This document shows, piece by piece, positions 31,351 to 49,072 of a stretch of DNA of 64,000 bases. The notes under the pieces were generated by a model that searched no databases, had not been told where the DNA came from, and was given only the letters and a program-made list of their open reading frames with translations. Location of the stretch: the NCBI GenBank assembly GCA_012295275.1, contig CM022671.1:31186001-31250000 (forward strand), read 5' to 3'. Position 1 is the stretch's first letter. Each line of letters begins with the position of its first letter. The position numbers and the translations under genes were made by a program. This DNA comes from Chrysomallon squamiferum (lineage: Eukaryota; Animalia; Mollusca).

Positions 31351-33450
31351 TTTACGTAGAAGAGACATATTCATATACACAGGTATATTATATATACGCA
31401 TGTTCATAACAACACATTTATATTTGTAAACGAAACAAAGAGGTATTGTGTTTATGCGTGCAAACAAGTGTGCACGTAATCATATTCTATATGCACTGGC
31501 TTTTTGCAGCTGGTGCTGTTTATTATAAATTCATATCATTAATTTAGTATTATTATTTGTGTCTATAAATCTGTATATCTGTACAAACGAAATCAAAAAC
31601 ACGTCGAGGGCCGCGCCCTTAACCGCCCACGCAAAAAGTCACACAACAAATATCCAAGGGCGAATGAAGCTATGACAATAATAATACACACATGAATGTG
31701 TTTACCAATGGGGAAACTATTGCGCATCAAATTTGCTTTTTATTTATTTTTAGCCTCTGCATCTGGTTTAAGTAACCTAAACCGTGCAGAATTAAAAAAA
31801 AAAATAATAATAATAATAAATAAAAAGATTAGTTTGGTGTTTGTAAATTATAGTTGTCAGGCCTTGTCTGGTATTTACTGAAAATATTGTCACCTTCGAG
31901 CACGTTAATGCGCAGCGTATAGTAAGACTTTGGAAATTTATTTCATATGGAAAAAAAATGTTAGTATGAATAAATTAAATGAGTTTGTATGTGTGCGTAT
32001 GTATTAATGAATTAAAAAATGTTTAAGTACGTCTGGTTAGACTCTACACATAGACAATATTCGTGAACAGAGTAAGACAAAGTGTAAGTAAATAGGTGTG
32101 TGCGTGCGTGGATGTGTGTGTGTGTGTGTGTGCGTGCGTGCGTGCGTGTGTGTGTGTGTGTCTTTATGTATGTGACCCGAAGTCAAGATGTCTCGGAATA
32201 TTTTAACAGATTATGAAGCAGAAAACAAGAAGACAAACGTCACATAAGACAGTAATGATGTACATGCTGAAATAAACACATTTACCTAAGTCAAAGTTCA
32301 AGGTTTTTATTTTTTTTTTTTTTTTTAAACATAAGCAAGGACATTAAACTATTTTAAACTATTAATAAACAGTATGCTTTCTCATTTTGGAGTTTCGTTG
32401 TTTATGAAATTATAATTATTATTTTTTTTTTTTTTTAATTAATCGTTGTTTACGGATAATTGTTATTGTTATTTTTATTATGATTTATTGACTGACTGAT
32501 TAAATGATTGATTGATTTCTCCATATTTCGGTAATTACAGTAATTAATTAATAATCAATAACAGTATAACAATTGACTTTGTGTATGTATCTGTGTATGT
32601 ATATATGTATGTATGTTTTTAATGTATGTATGTTTGTATGTATGTATGTATGTATGTATATATTATTATTGTTATTGTTGTCGTTATCGTTACTGTTGTT
32701 ACTCTGTGCAGTCTAGGTACGTCTTTTTCAGAAAGAAAACCAAACCTCAAAATAAATAAATAAATAAACAAAAACTTGTTAAAATGTTCCGTGTAATTTA
32801 CTTCCGTACATGAGTGCGTGTATATGAATACGTGAGAATATACTTTTACCATAAAAAGACAATGAATTATTCACCCCATTCCACTCTCTCCCCCCCACAC
32901 ACACACTCACACACACACACACCACTCCAACTTCGTCTTACAGTTTGTGTGTGTCACTCACTGTCAAAACGGGACACGGGTCAAGAGGTTAAGAAAGTTC
33001 AGCGCAGACGTCAAGACCAGAGGACGGTTTTTGCTACGCCATAACTTTTTCCTTTCCTTCATCGCTCGACAGACCGCGTTTGTGTGTTCAGCGCTGTCTT
33101 TCAACAGTCGCAGCAGAATCTACGATCGTTTCTTTTATCAACGTAAAGTTTTACGATTTCAAACGTCGAGTGCCCGTCTCGCTTGCATTCCGACACTTCC
33201 GGAAACCACGTGCATGCGCAAAGACTCTAAGACCTGCAATTAAAAGCGAAGTGCCGCAAAACAGCCTCCATTTTTTTTTTTTTTTTTTTTTTTTTCTCCA
33301 AGTGGTAGTAAAATTAGTTTTAATGTGTTGTTCACTGTAGTTTGACTGTAGATAAAACGCACATGAATTCTACGTGTCTCTCCGTGAGTGTGAAATCTGT
33401 AAAGTGTTAACTGGGAATGGATGCAATGTACGTTTTTTACAAACCTCTTT

Positions 33451-33513
<63 letters not shown>

Positions 33514-33861
33514 TGAAATGTTTTAGTGCATCTTAAATATAGTATTATTTCAACGCCTTTCAAGTAACTGAAGTATCACGATTATATATAGTACATGTTA
33601 TTTTCCTTCATTATCATTATTTTTATCATTTATTTTATTTTTATACCTATTATTATTATTATTGTCGTTGTTGTTGTTGTTGTTCTTCTTCTTCTTCTTC
33701 TTGTTCTTCTTCTTCTTCTTTTAATTTTAATTTTATTTAATTTCATTTGTTTACTATTATTCTTGTTATTATTATTATTATTTCTTATCTTTTTTTTTTT
33801 TTTTTTTTTTCTATATTACAGTTTGAAATAACATTCTCACACGATTTCCTCTCTCTATCTA

Positions 33862-34154
<293 letters not shown>

Positions 34155-34876
34155 GCTCTATCTCTTTCTTCTTCCCTCGCTCTCATCTCACATTTCACCT
34201 TTTCGTCACAGCTCATCTTTCAAACTGTTTATCACAAACACGAAACAAACAGACCCACGCCAACAGAGACATTCAGACAACATGTGCAACGTTACGACCG
34301 TCGTAAAAATCAATCCTATTATTACGTCATATCGTAGCTTTCTGCCTGGCACAACTCGATCCCCTTTGCTGCTTATTTCGGTAATTAGTTACGGTTCTGA
34401 ATCCAATTTATTCCATGACATCAACATTAGTTACTATTACGTCATAATTGCTTTTAAATACAATTGAACTGTTGCTTTTTTTTGTTTTCTTTTTTTTCTT
34501 TTTTCTTGTAGATTTGACACATGAAATTCATACGTGTGGTTTATCTATCAAACGAAAAGACATCATGCAGATTTTCAAGTGTTTCTCTTTAACGGATCTG
34601 GAAATGCGAGAACGCGTGGGAATGAATGAATGACCTTCCTTTAATTTTTGTTTGGTCAACTCAGAATGTGTTTCTTCAGTTAATGTAGTGATAATAACAT
34701 GACCATATTTATGTATGGGCTGAATTTATATTTATACATACACACACACACACATACATACATACCATCATCATTCATGCATAGAGAAATATGAACAGTG
34801 TTATCAGTGTATGTCTTTTGTATATACATCTAAACCTTCGGTAAATTCATTTTATTGAATGATAATTCAAAATGTT

Positions 34877-34917
<41 letters not shown>

Positions 34918-34991
34918 TTATGTATGTATGTATGTATGTATGTATGTATGTATGTATAAAACATACACTTACAACCAGCTGTTGCAGATCT

Positions 34992-35032
<41 letters not shown>

Positions 35033-35254
35033 GTTTTATATGTAAAACTGAGGCGCCTTCATAAAAAAAAATACAATAATAAGAAGAAACAGACCGCCTT
35101 TTGTAAAAACTGTTCACAAAGCTGTATATCTACGTTTAAATCACGCCCGCGAATTCATTCACAGCAACGAGCGAGAGAGAGGAGAACGCACAAAGGGAGC
35201 ACTCCTCTGTGTTCGATGTGCTCAACATCTGTCGCCATTTTGCCTTTGACGACA

Positions 35255-35269
35255 AGCGCCATCTGGCGG
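35255..35269 (-). promoter_or_regulatory. Strong CTCF-like motif
   Basis: Minus strand CCGCCAGATGGCGCT matches the bilaterian CTCF core CCRSYAGRKGGCRS. Motif match only. Confidence 0.5.
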
Positions 35270-35389
35270 CCGGGGTCTTTGCACCCGACGAACTACTGAA
35301 GAATGTTTAGTTTTTTATTTATTTATTATTTTTTTTTTCAAGCTTCTTTGTTTACTTTTATTATTATTTTTATTATTATTATTATTATT

Positions 35390-35446
<57 letters not shown>

Positions 35447-36042
35447 GACAATGATAATAGTTGTAATATATTAGTAGTAGCTATGTCGTAGTTGTTATTT
35501 GTTAATTAAATCTAAATAAAACTATTTCTGAAAAAGACAAAATAAAATAAAATAAGCAAAAAATAAAAATAAAAAACAACGCAAAAACTCCCACGTACAG
35601 TATGAAAACAACAACAAACAAACTGAAAAAAAATCAATAGTGTTTTATTTCATTTTTTTTTTTTTTTAAAGTAAATATTTAAATTACATTACTTGGGACA
35701 GTTTTTCGTTTTTTTTTTTTTTTTTTTTTTTTTTTCGCCCCATCAAACACAAAGTAATGTATTTCACGTTAATGCGACAATATTGATTTAACTTTCTGAC
35801 ACACTAAGATAAGATTCATGATAATTTAATTAAGATAGTCACGAAATAGACTAACGCATGCGCGATATTCCCAGGACAGACACGAGGCCAGTCTGTGGGA
35901 ACCTAGCAGACGTCAGGGGGAGAGTGTGTGGGTGGTGCAGAACACAGACGAGAAGGGAAAGAAAGAAGTGAAGATTCGGCGTAGTATATTTCTGTATTCT
36001 GCAGATCTTTTCAATTTTTTATTTTTAAATTTTTCTGTCTCT

Positions 36043-36622
36043 CTTTATATTATACAGACACACACTGTATATTATACAAACACACACTGTATATTATACA
36101 AACACTTTTCATTATACAGACACACACTTTATATTATACAGACACACACTTTATATTATACAGACACACACTTTATATTATACAGACACACACTTTACAT
36201 TATACAGACACTTTATATTATACAGACACACACTTTATATTATATAGACACACACTGTACATTATACAGACACACACTTTTTATTATACAGACACACACT
36301 GTACATTATACAGACACACACTTTACATTATACAGACACACACTTTATATTATACAAATACACACTTTACATTATACAGACACACACTTTATATTATACA
36401 GACACACACTTTACATTATACAGACACACACTTTACATTATACAGACACACACTTTACATTATACAGACACACACTTTACATTATACAGACACACACTTT
36501 ATATTATACAAATACACACTTTACATTATACAGACACACACTTTATATTATACAGACACACACTTTACATTATACAGACACACACTTTACATTATACAGA
36601 CACACACTTTACATTATACAGA
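36043..36622. repeat. 22-bp minisatellite, ~26 units (CACACACTTTAYATTATACAGA)
   Basis: The unit is directly visible. ORF 35926-36672 shows the expected 22-aa periodicity (three units). Confidence 0.95.
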
Positions 36623-36869
36623 CGTATACATTTGTAAGTGTATTTGAAATGGCTGATAGATTAGCTGTATAGGAAGATGACAGACGACGGCAACAACTAC
36701 ATACCGTCTGAAAAATCAATTCATTCATATGCATGGCTTCAAGAAATGTCTCAGTCGCTTAGATGTTTATTCAGTTGTAAAAATAAATTATGTTAATGAA
36801 TACATGATAACCATGATAACAACGACAAAAACATAGGCATACATAAAACACACAATATGTATGTCTATG

Positions 36870-36929
<60 letters not shown>

Positions 36930-37658
36930 AGATACTGTTTGGTGGAAAACAACCAGATTTTTATGTGTTTGAGCTTGGAAAACGAACATGTACTATTCTT
37001 AATGTATTTTAATTTTTATTTTAGCGGCCTCTGAGACAAACTGCCTTTAAAGTTTTGTGAAAACAGGAAAATATAAAGATAATATGGAAACGAGATAAAG
37101 GAGAGGACAATGTCTTTATTTTTACCTAAAAAAAAAACAAAAAAAAACCGTCGTTCTGTGAGAACAGAAACAGACGAACACAAAATGAGAAGAGTGCGTG
37201 GGGTTGATGTTTGGGTCTGAGCGAAGGTCTATTGCAAAAATAAATAACACTGATAATGTTGTACTGATCTCACGTGTAATTTTATTCATTCAACACGTTG
37301 TCGTGACAGTTGTGCCTGTGCTGCACCTCGTTGACAACGGCTGTTGCTTCAAACAGAAGTCGACACGTGTTAACAAAAAAGAATAACGCCAGCTGAAAAC
37401 TAATCCGCTAATCGATGCAGTTTATCAATACGGAATTTTCGCTTTTACGTAAAACGTGACGTAAGTGGCTTGTTTTGTCAGACGTTCTAGAAGGACCTGT
37501 TGTTGCCGACGTCGTAATTTAGCTTATAAACCAATCGTTTTATGACTTCTAGTCACGTGAACTGAAATTAAAAGGCATTGTGTACAGTTTAGTTGTTCGT
37601 TTCTGTAACGTCACGTTAGCGAATCTGACAGGGTTTATGTTTCTTCTTCTTCTTCTTC

Positions 37659-37781
<123 letters not shown>

Positions 37782-37783
37782 GT

Positions 37784-38124
37784 ATATGTACACAGATACA
37801 CTCTTTTGTAAAAGCCGAAAAAAAAAAGACTCAAAATTAAAAATTAAAATTAAAAAACTATGTCAAACTGTTTTCATCTGACGTTCTTTAAGCAGGTTTA
37901 ATATAATATAATATAACATAATATAATATAATATAAACTAATACAATATAATATAATAAAATATAATATAATACAATATAATATAATATAATATAATATA
38001 ATATAATATAATATAATATAATATAATATAATGTAAAATGTGTTTCTCTCATTGTCTCTCTGTCACTTTGCATGTGTAACTTTATCATCAGAGCAACATC
38101 ATCATTACTTTACTGAATCAGCTG

Positions 38125-38206
<82 letters not shown>

Positions 38207-39020
38207 CAATTCTTTTCTTTCTTTCTTTCTTTCTTTTTATTTTTGTTTTAATTTTGTCTGTCTCTATATACATATATAAATGAGTACATTTGCTGTTTTG
38301 ACAAAGTAATGTCTGTGTTGTGCATCTTCGTGGCAAATCACTTTTAATCATTATTATTGCTCATAAGCACACGAGTACAGTGTTTTCAGGTATGTCCATA
38401 CTAACATTCTAATCACGTCGATTCTGTGTAAAAGAATAACCAAGCACACCATACAATCAAGATGTTCTTTTTAAAATTTCTATTTGTTTATTTATCTATA
38501 TGTCTGTCTACCTCTTTGTCTGTCTCTCTATCTACCTGCCAACCTACATATCTACCAACCTACATACCTACCTACCTACATATCTATCTATATATCTATA
38601 TATCTGTCTGTCTATCTATCTATCAATCTATCTATCTCACTGTCTGTCTGTTTGACTGTTTATCTATCTCTCTATATATCTACCTATCTATCCATCTATC
38701 TAGCTCTCTGTCTGTATATCTTTATTATGCTATGCTGTGCTATGCTGTGCTATATTATATTATACTATGCTATGCTATGCTATGCTATGCTATGCTATGT
38801 TATGCTATGTTATGCTATGATATATTATATTATATTATATTATATTATATTATATTAAACCTGCTGTAAATCAAAAACATCTTTTATCTATCAAATATTA
38901 TTGACGTCACATCAAAACAGTTTGACATAATTTTTTATTTGATTTTTTTATTATTTTTTTTTCTTATTTTTTTCGGCTTTTACAAAACAGTGTATCTGTG
39001 TATCTATCTACCTATCTATC

Positions 39021-39031
<11 letters not shown>
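37784..39031. mobile_element. Non-autonomous TIR (MITE/foldback-like) element, copy 1 (type A), embedded in (TA)n
   Basis: Left end ATATGTACACAGATA (37784-37798) is the exact reverse complement of TATCTGTGTACATAT (39017-39031). The inverted arms continue inward (TTTTGTAAAAGCCG / CGGCTTTTACAAAA; GTCAAACTGTTTT / AAAACAGTTTGAC; AGCAGGTTTAA / TTAAACCTGCT) and then as (ATATA)n / (TATAT)n. (TA)n lies on both sides. No coding capacity; the left arm lacks ~40 bp that the other copies have. Confidence 0.7.
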
Positions 39032-39064
<33 letters not shown>

Positions 39065-39069
<5 letters not shown>

Positions 39070-39206
39070 CTACGATTTAGTTTTATTTCTCTGTGATCAA
39101 GCGTCTGTTACTGCATTATCCAGTATAAGGACAACCAGACTTGGATTTTGTAACCTACATTAACGTGGTTACTATTTACGACTGACTGTATATTAGATGT
39201 GACCCT
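39065..39206. repeat. ~145 bp spacer, copy 1 (duplicated at 41722-41864)
   Basis: TTTATCTACGATTTAGTTTTATTTCTCTGTGAT...GGACAACCAGACTTGG...GATGTGACCCT recurs nearly identically 2658 bp downstream. Confidence 0.9.
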
Positions 39207-40503
<1,297 letters not shown>

Positions 40504-40739
40504 TCAAACTGTTTTGATGTGACGTCAATAATATTTGTTAGATAAAAGATGTTTTTGATTTACAGCAGGTTTGATATAATATAACATAATATAATATAAT
40601 ATAATTTAATATAATATAACATAATAAATATAATATAATATAATGTAAAATGTGTTTCTCTCATTGTCTCTCTGTCACTTTGCATGTGTAACTTTATCAT
40701 CAGAGCAACATCATTATTACTTTACTGAATCAGCTAGGA

Positions 40740-40773
<34 letters not shown>

Positions 40774-41238
40774 ACTCTCTGTCTCTATATCTCTCTCGGT
40801 CTCTCTCTCTCTGTCATTCTCTCTCATTTTCAATTCTTTTCTTTCTTTCTTTCTTTCTTTCTTTTTATTATTTTTAATTTTGTCTGTTTCTATATACAAA
40901 TATAAATGAGTACGTTTGCTGTTTTGACACTGTAATGTCTGTGTTGTGCATCTTCGTGGCAAATCACTTTTAATCATTAATATTGCTCATAAGCACACGA
41001 GTACAGTGTGTTCAAGTATGTCCATACTAACATTCTAATCACATCGATTCTGTGTAAAAGAATAACCAAGCACACCATACAATCATGATGTTCTTTTTAA
41101 AATTTATATTTGTTTATTTATCTATATGTCTGTCTACCTCTTTGTCTCTCTCTCTATCTACCTGCCAACCTACATATCTACCAACCTACATACCTACCTA
41201 CATATCTATCTATATAAATATCTATCTGTCTATCTATA

Positions 41239-41278
<40 letters not shown>

Positions 41279-41712
41279 AATCTATCTATCTCACTGTCTG
41301 TCTGTTTGACTGTCTATCTATCTCTCTATATATCTACCTATCTATCCATCTATCTAGCTCTCTATCTGTATATCTTTATTATGCTATGCTGTGCTATGCT
41401 GTGCTATATTATATTATACTATGCTATGCTATGCTATGCTATGCTATCCTATGCTATGATATGCTATGCTATGTTATATTATATTATATTATATTATATT
41501 ATATTATATTATATTATATTATATTATATTATATTATATTAAACCTGCTGTAAATCAAAAACATCTTTTGTCTATCAAATATTATTGACGTCACATCAAA
41601 ACAGTTTGACATAATTTTTTATTTGATTTTTTAATTATTTTTTTTCTTATTTTTTTCGGCTTTTACAAAACAGTGTATCTGTGTATCTATCTACCTATCT
41701 ATCTATGTACAT
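40504..41712. mobile_element. TIR element copy 3 (type A); left arm truncated
   Basis: Starts at TCAAACTGTTTTGATGTGACGTC directly after copy 2. Has the same core and a full right arm ending TATCTATGTACATAT, as in copy 1. Confidence 0.75.
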
Positions 41713-41721
41713 ATATATATA

Positions 41722-41864
41722 TTTATCTACGATTTAGTTTTATTTCTCTGTGATTTCAGCGTCTGTTACTGCATTATCCAGTATAAGGACAACCAGACTT
41801 GGATTTTGTAACCTACATTAACGTGGTTACTATTTACGACTGACTGTATATTAGATGTGACCCT
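41722..41864. repeat. ~145 bp spacer, copy 2
   Basis: Near-identical direct repeat of 39065-39206. Confidence 0.9.
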
Positions 41865-43140
<1,276 letters not shown>

Positions 43141-43291
43141 CTACAGCGTTGATAAAAAAAGAGAGAAGCCAAAAAAACAAACCATCTGTCTTTCCTTCTA
43201 GCATCTCCATGCGATTACCCAGTGTAACTGTAAATATAATCTGCAAGCCATACGTTTATTTCGTAATATGTGTGTGTGTGTGTGTGTCTGT

Positions 43292-43334
<43 letters not shown>

Positions 43335-44607
43335 TGATATCTCTATTTTACATCCTTACTTATATAATTACTAACTGTTAATTACTTACGATTATTTGTA
43401 TTGTACTGATTTCAGTCTAATGTAGGTTAACAGTTGGATGAGCAACATTATCATCATCATCATTTTCATTACTTCTACTACTAGTACAACTATTACCACT
43501 GCTCTTGTTATTACTAATATTATTGTGATTGTTGTTAATGATGATGTTATTATTAAAAGATGTAGTACTGGTAGTTGTTGTTGTTGTTGTCGTGGTAGCC
43601 GTAGTAATCGTAGTAGATGTACAAGTATAGTTTTTGTTTCAGCATTAGCAGCACTGTTACAGTTATGAAAAATACATTGAAACATAAACACAAAAGTGCA
43701 CACAGACAAAAGAACTGACAGAGACAAACAAAATCAAAAGTAGTACATAGGTCTGTGTGTCTGTCGATTTTATTACATTAAGTTCTAAATCTCCCTTATA
43801 ACTATTGATCGAAAACCGTAAAATCTAAGTTAATTATTCTTTCCATTTTATGTCGCATTCATCACCTAAACACAAATAAAAAAAAATATTTATAAAAAAA
43901 TAAACGCCAATAAATACTTTGACATTTTCACTAATTACATATTTTTAATTCACCCGTACACAAGGGATATTATTTGTACCTCCGACATCAAAGAGTTCTT
44001 CCGCCAATGAACCGATATCGTTTTTTATTGCTACGCACAAACATATATATATATACTAAATGAGTGTTTTTCATCACGACAGACGACAAAGCACCAGTCG
44101 ACAGACGAAGCTCCATTTTCATTGGTCCTTAATACGGACACGATCCTAACACACCTTAACAATGGTGAGAAAGAATAAAAGTACTCCCAAAGGAGATTAT
44201 TTAATAATCTTTTTATTTTTATTTTTTTACGTTTTTATTTTTATTTTTCTTTCTTCTTCTTCTTCCATTATTGATCTAACTTAATTCTCCTTTCCCCGAA
44301 GCCGTTAAACGGCGGCATGGGTTCAGCCTCGGTGTGGGAAATACAGCCTGCACTCAGGTGAACTTCAATCAATATTGGTAACTCAGGTGTTGTCGACTTC
44401 TGACTAATGAACCTTATTTGCAAAGCGAATGGCCTGGAAGATGGAATAATGGCAGAATTAATTGTGGTTGTGTTTTTCAAACTAAGTGTTCTATAACGAA
44501 CCGCAGTGGGTGTGACTTGGGAGATAAACATGTCTTTGTGAGCGAGGGTGAAACGAGGGCAGATTTTCATATTAGGAGTGGTAGCAGTCAAACAGCAAAA
44601 ACAGCAG

Positions 44608-44608
44608 C

Positions 44609-44651
<43 letters not shown>

Positions 44652-45010
44652 ATAATTGGAGTAATAGCAGTAGTAGTAGTAGTAACAGAAGTAGTAGCAA
44701 TAATATTAGTAGTAGTAGTAACAGTATTAGTAATAATAGTAGTTGTAATAATAGTAGTTGCAATAGTGGTAGGAGTAGTAGTAACAGTAGTAGTAGTAGT
44801 AGCAGCAGCAGCAGTAGTAGCAGTAGCAGTAGTAGTACTAATAAGAGTAGTAACAGAAGTAGTAGTAGTAATAGAAGTAGTAGTAGCATTAGTAATAGCA
44901 GCAGTAGTAGCAGTATAGCAGTACTACTGATAACAATACTAATCGTAGTAGCAGTAGTTGTACTGGTAATAGTTGTAGTGGTAGAAGAAGTAGTATTAAG
45001 AGTAGTAGTA
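44608..45010. repeat. Degenerate (AGT/AGC/AAT)n tract, ~400 bp
   Basis: Trinucleotide phase is kept; it explains the poly-V and poly-L ORFs. Confidence 0.9.
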
Positions 45011-45042
45011 TTAATAAAAAAGTTGTGGTCTAAGTAGAAAAT

Positions 45043-45107
45043 TATGTGTGTTTACGTGTTTGTGTTAATGTATGTGTGTTTACGTGTTTGTGTTAATGTA
45101 TGTGTGT
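45043..45107. repeat. 28-bp perfect tandem duplication
   Basis: TATGTGTGTTTACGTGTTTGTGTTAATG at 45043 and 45071, with a partial third unit at 45099. Confidence 0.9.
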
Positions 45108-45266
45108 GTCTATGGTTGCTGTTATTCTTCTTCTTGTTGTTTGTTTGCTTGTTGTTAAGGGAAAACGAGACAAGTCATCTAGAATTGTACACTTTCACGA
45201 ACCCTTTCACAGAAACGAAAGTGATCAACACAGTTATACTGAACTACATGCATATATATTTTATAT

Positions 45267-45331
<65 letters not shown>

Positions 45332-45514
45332 TCTCTCTATCTACCTATCTATCTGTATTTATATGTATTATTATTATTATTATTTGGTAGGGTTTTTTTG
45401 GGGGGGTTGTGGGTATTTTGAGGGGGAGTTGTTTGTTTGCGTTTTGTTAATTTCTTCTTTTTTAATCCTATTAAGCTGAGGAAGTATTTTGTTTTGAAAA
45501 CAATTATTATTATG

Positions 45515-45545
<31 letters not shown>

Positions 45546-46236
45546 CTCACTTTCTTCTCTTTCGTTTTCCTGTGTTACTTTCTTAAATTGATCTACTTTT
45601 TATTTTTTATTTTTGTTTTTTAATTATTTTTCACTACGTAGTTGTTTATTGCTTGTTTATCAAATTGTTTATTAATCGGTGCAGTAATGACCTTGTGTAT
45701 TTATTTCCCTGCTATTGTTCGACCTTGACTCCAACGCCACCATACTAACAATCTAAACCAAAGAATCCCATGAAGTCAACGTGACAAGTCTATTGTGTTC
45801 TCCAGCACCTTGTGCTCTCAAAAATCAATGATTCGATCTTCCGTCCAATTACACTTAAATAACAACCTCCTGTACGTCTGCTGAACAGGTTACGACTTGT
45901 AAGTTAACGTAATTCTTTAGCGCGCTGTGTTGTGAATCCGCGCACCTCCTTTTGTCGTTTCGTGGTCGCAGGAGTGAAAAAACCAATACCGGATTTAACG
46001 ATTGATTTTTTTTGTTTTTTTGTTTGTTGTTGTTTTTGTTTATTTGTTGTTGTTTTTTTGTTGTTTTTTGTGTTGTTTTTTTTTCTTCTTCTTAAGCATA
46101 AGTAGGCTTAACAAACTACATCTTTGGCTCTATTTTTTATTTTTTATTTTTTATTTTTTTTGTTCACGTTTTACTGTTAAGACATGTAAAACATTATTAT
46201 TACTGTTTTTGTTGTTTGTTTTTATTTTATTTTTAT

Positions 46237-46257
46237 TTATTATTATTATTATTATTA

Positions 46258-46302
<45 letters not shown>

Positions 46303-46304
46303 CA

Positions 46305-46379
<75 letters not shown>
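46237..46379. repeat. (ATT)n microsatellite
   Basis: Visible simple repeat. Confidence 0.95.
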
Positions 46380-46846
46380 CTTATTTTAATCTTGACTGTT
46401 ACATATCATAATAACATTGTAACTCCCTAGGAGAGGACGAAGTCAACAAAACACTTGGACAGGACGCCACGATAGGCGTACTTAACTTACACGAATATCT
46501 GAGTGTTTCCCAAGCGTTACACAAAAACATCCGTGTTTCCGAAGTACGTGTTTCGTTATTGTTATTCTGTCCGTGTTCTGTAACCCGCTTACCAGAATGA
46601 AAATCCACGATGACCGCGTCGTTTATGTACAGCAATGAAAAACATTTGACTGAACGAGAGATGTATCGCCGTGGTATCGCCGTGGTAACGATATGATGGC
46701 ATTATGTAATGGAAAAAGGTTGTCACTTAATTGATTTTTCAAAGCAATATTCCAGATACGTACCTAAATAACATAAAATAACGATTTTACATCGTTTCAT
46801 TTGTTTGCTTGTTCAAAGTAATTTTTTTCTTTTGATATTTTCCTTT

Positions 46847-46907
<61 letters not shown>

Positions 46908-48732
46908 GTCTACATGTCTGTCTGTCTGTCTTTCTCTCTCTATTAGTAGTAGTAGTAATAGAACTAGCATAATAGCAGCAGAGGTAATAGCAGCAGCAGT
47001 AGCAGAAGTAGTAACAGTAGTAGTAGTAATCGTAGGAGGAGTAGTAGTTGTTGTAGTAGAGTATTAGTAGTAGTACTAATACTAGTACTAGTAGTAGTAG
47101 TAGTTAAAGTAGTAGTAGTAGTAGAAAAGCTTTTTACAGAGAATCCTGCACTGATTAACAAAAAATCGTAAGATTAACAAGCTCTGACTTCGTCTGTTTA
47201 CGTTTGTTTTGTTCTTATGAAGCGATGCGATGACGTCACGAGCTAACAGACGACGCAGTCTTTGTTTTTACGTAATGGCATGCGCACTGGCAAGTGGACG
47301 TGAACTTACAAATAGCTATTGGCCATCTTGCAGCTTATGTCACTTATCTGTTATCTGCAGGAAGCGTTCTGCTTTGTCATCATTACAGTGGTTCAGACTG
47401 GCTAAAGACGTCATCATACGGTACGATTTCTGTAGCCGTCCTGTAGTAAGCTTTCACCAATGTTGTATAGTAGATATGTTTATGATATCCCATCCTGAAT
47501 CAGCTATTTGAACAAAAAATGTATTAAAGCGTGCAGTGCTAGTCACAGTGACCGGCTGAAAATAAATATATTTAGAGTCAGATTGAGGGTGGGGGAAAAG
47601 TTCAAGATTAATATTTAAAATTAAAAAGAATGTAATTATAATATACATCATAGATTCTTCGTTCGAAAGTATTTATATTAAAATAATATACATACAACTG
47701 TGAGCTCTTAAATAAACGCCGCCAATTATCAAGCGTCGAATGAAACGCTAAGAGATGTGTGGAGAATAATTAACAGATCAGGTTTAAAAAAATCGTTACT
47801 ACAAATTGTAGCCTGTGATTGTGGCTTTATCTGTAATATAACATTGTCAAAACTGTATTCATTACATAACATCTCCATTCTGCGATTCCCAACAGACACA
47901 GATCATCTTTGCAAAAAGAAACATAGCTGTTAAATATTCTAATATTTACTGGTGCCGTGGGTTTTGTTGTACGTGTTGCTTCTGTCTGTGTTTCGACACT
48001 CGCAGAATATAGAACCAATCCTTCATGATGATCTTGTGTCAAATTAAAGTTAAAGCTCCTTCGCCACGTATCATTCTGTGTAAAATTATATATTTATATA
48101 TTTTATTATTTCCCCTTAGATAGATTAGATAGATAGTGTTAGTGTTTCTACTTCTACAGCTAGATAGACATAATATACCTTTCTACCTATCTATTTATCT
48201 AATCTACCTCTCTGTCTATCTATCTATTTCTTGACATGTAGGCTTATATGTGTGTGTGTGTGTGCGCGTGTGTGTGTGTGTGTGCGCGTCTTATATCAAT
48301 GCTGATGAGGTTAGTATTAAAGACAGACGCTATAATTACGTTAGGCTAGAATATCGCTGACTTAGCCATTGTTTCCAAACGATTTCAGCCTAGCCCGTGC
48401 ATGTGTACTAAGTCCACTGTTACAGACAGAGCTCATTTTTCATGATATAAAATTACTCGTATCAATGCGCGGTAATTCGAGGCTGAAATTAAATCCAGTT
48501 GTTGATGCTCTCCGACCCACACACGACGTATCAACTTACACGATGCCGAGTGTTAGAGAAACAGTTCTTTTTTTTTTGTCGTGGCTTTTTTTCTTTGCTG
48601 GCAACAACCTCAGTTAACGTCGGCTGAATAATAATTCAATAAATATTCCTCATTAAACGACAGTGCGCTAATTACGTATCTGATTAACATATTGTATGCA
48701 TCTAATTCAAACCAATTAGACCATGAGAAATG

Positions 48733-49072
48733 AAAAAAGAAAGAAACTCACATAGTACTGTTTTAACAAGGCGCCACTACATTTTCATGTTAATGATTTT
48801 TAGGGTGACCGACCACCTAAAGGGTTTTTGGCGTAATGTTTGTTTAAGAAAGAAATCCCACTGCTTGGTTACTTTTATCTGCTAGCAGAAAGTGATATTT
48901 TATACTCACCTTCTCGTGGGCTGTATGATACAATGAGTAATACCTGTGAAACACTTATGCTGTATGCAGGCTGGAACGGGAAATAACTAAATACACGAAA
49001 CAGGCAGGATTGAGCCTAAAACTCATAGCATATAGTGTCAGTGCGCTCTGACCACTGAACTCATTTTTCCCA
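48733..49072 (-). mobile_element. Degenerate tRNA-derived SINE (probably Meta-domain type)
   Basis: Minus strand reads TGAGTTCAGTGGTCAGAGCGC (A-box-like), then GGCTCAATCC (B-box-like, 49007-49016) at tRNA-like spacing. The body includes GGCTGGAACGGGAAATAAC and CTTTTATCTGCTAGCAGAAAGTGATATTTTATA (+ strand), and there is an (AAAG)-type tail at 48733-48746. I recall a similar layout from gastropod MetaSINE-like repeats; this is from memory, not a search. Confidence 0.6.

Noticed and set aside
35926-36672. Longest ORF (248 aa)
   Set aside because: It is a read-through of the stop-free 22-bp minisatellite, starts at GTG, and the unit length is not a multiple of 3.
44268-44591. 107-aa minus-strand ORF with ordinary composition
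   Set aside because: No recognisable family and no convincing splice boundaries; cannot be supported without a search.
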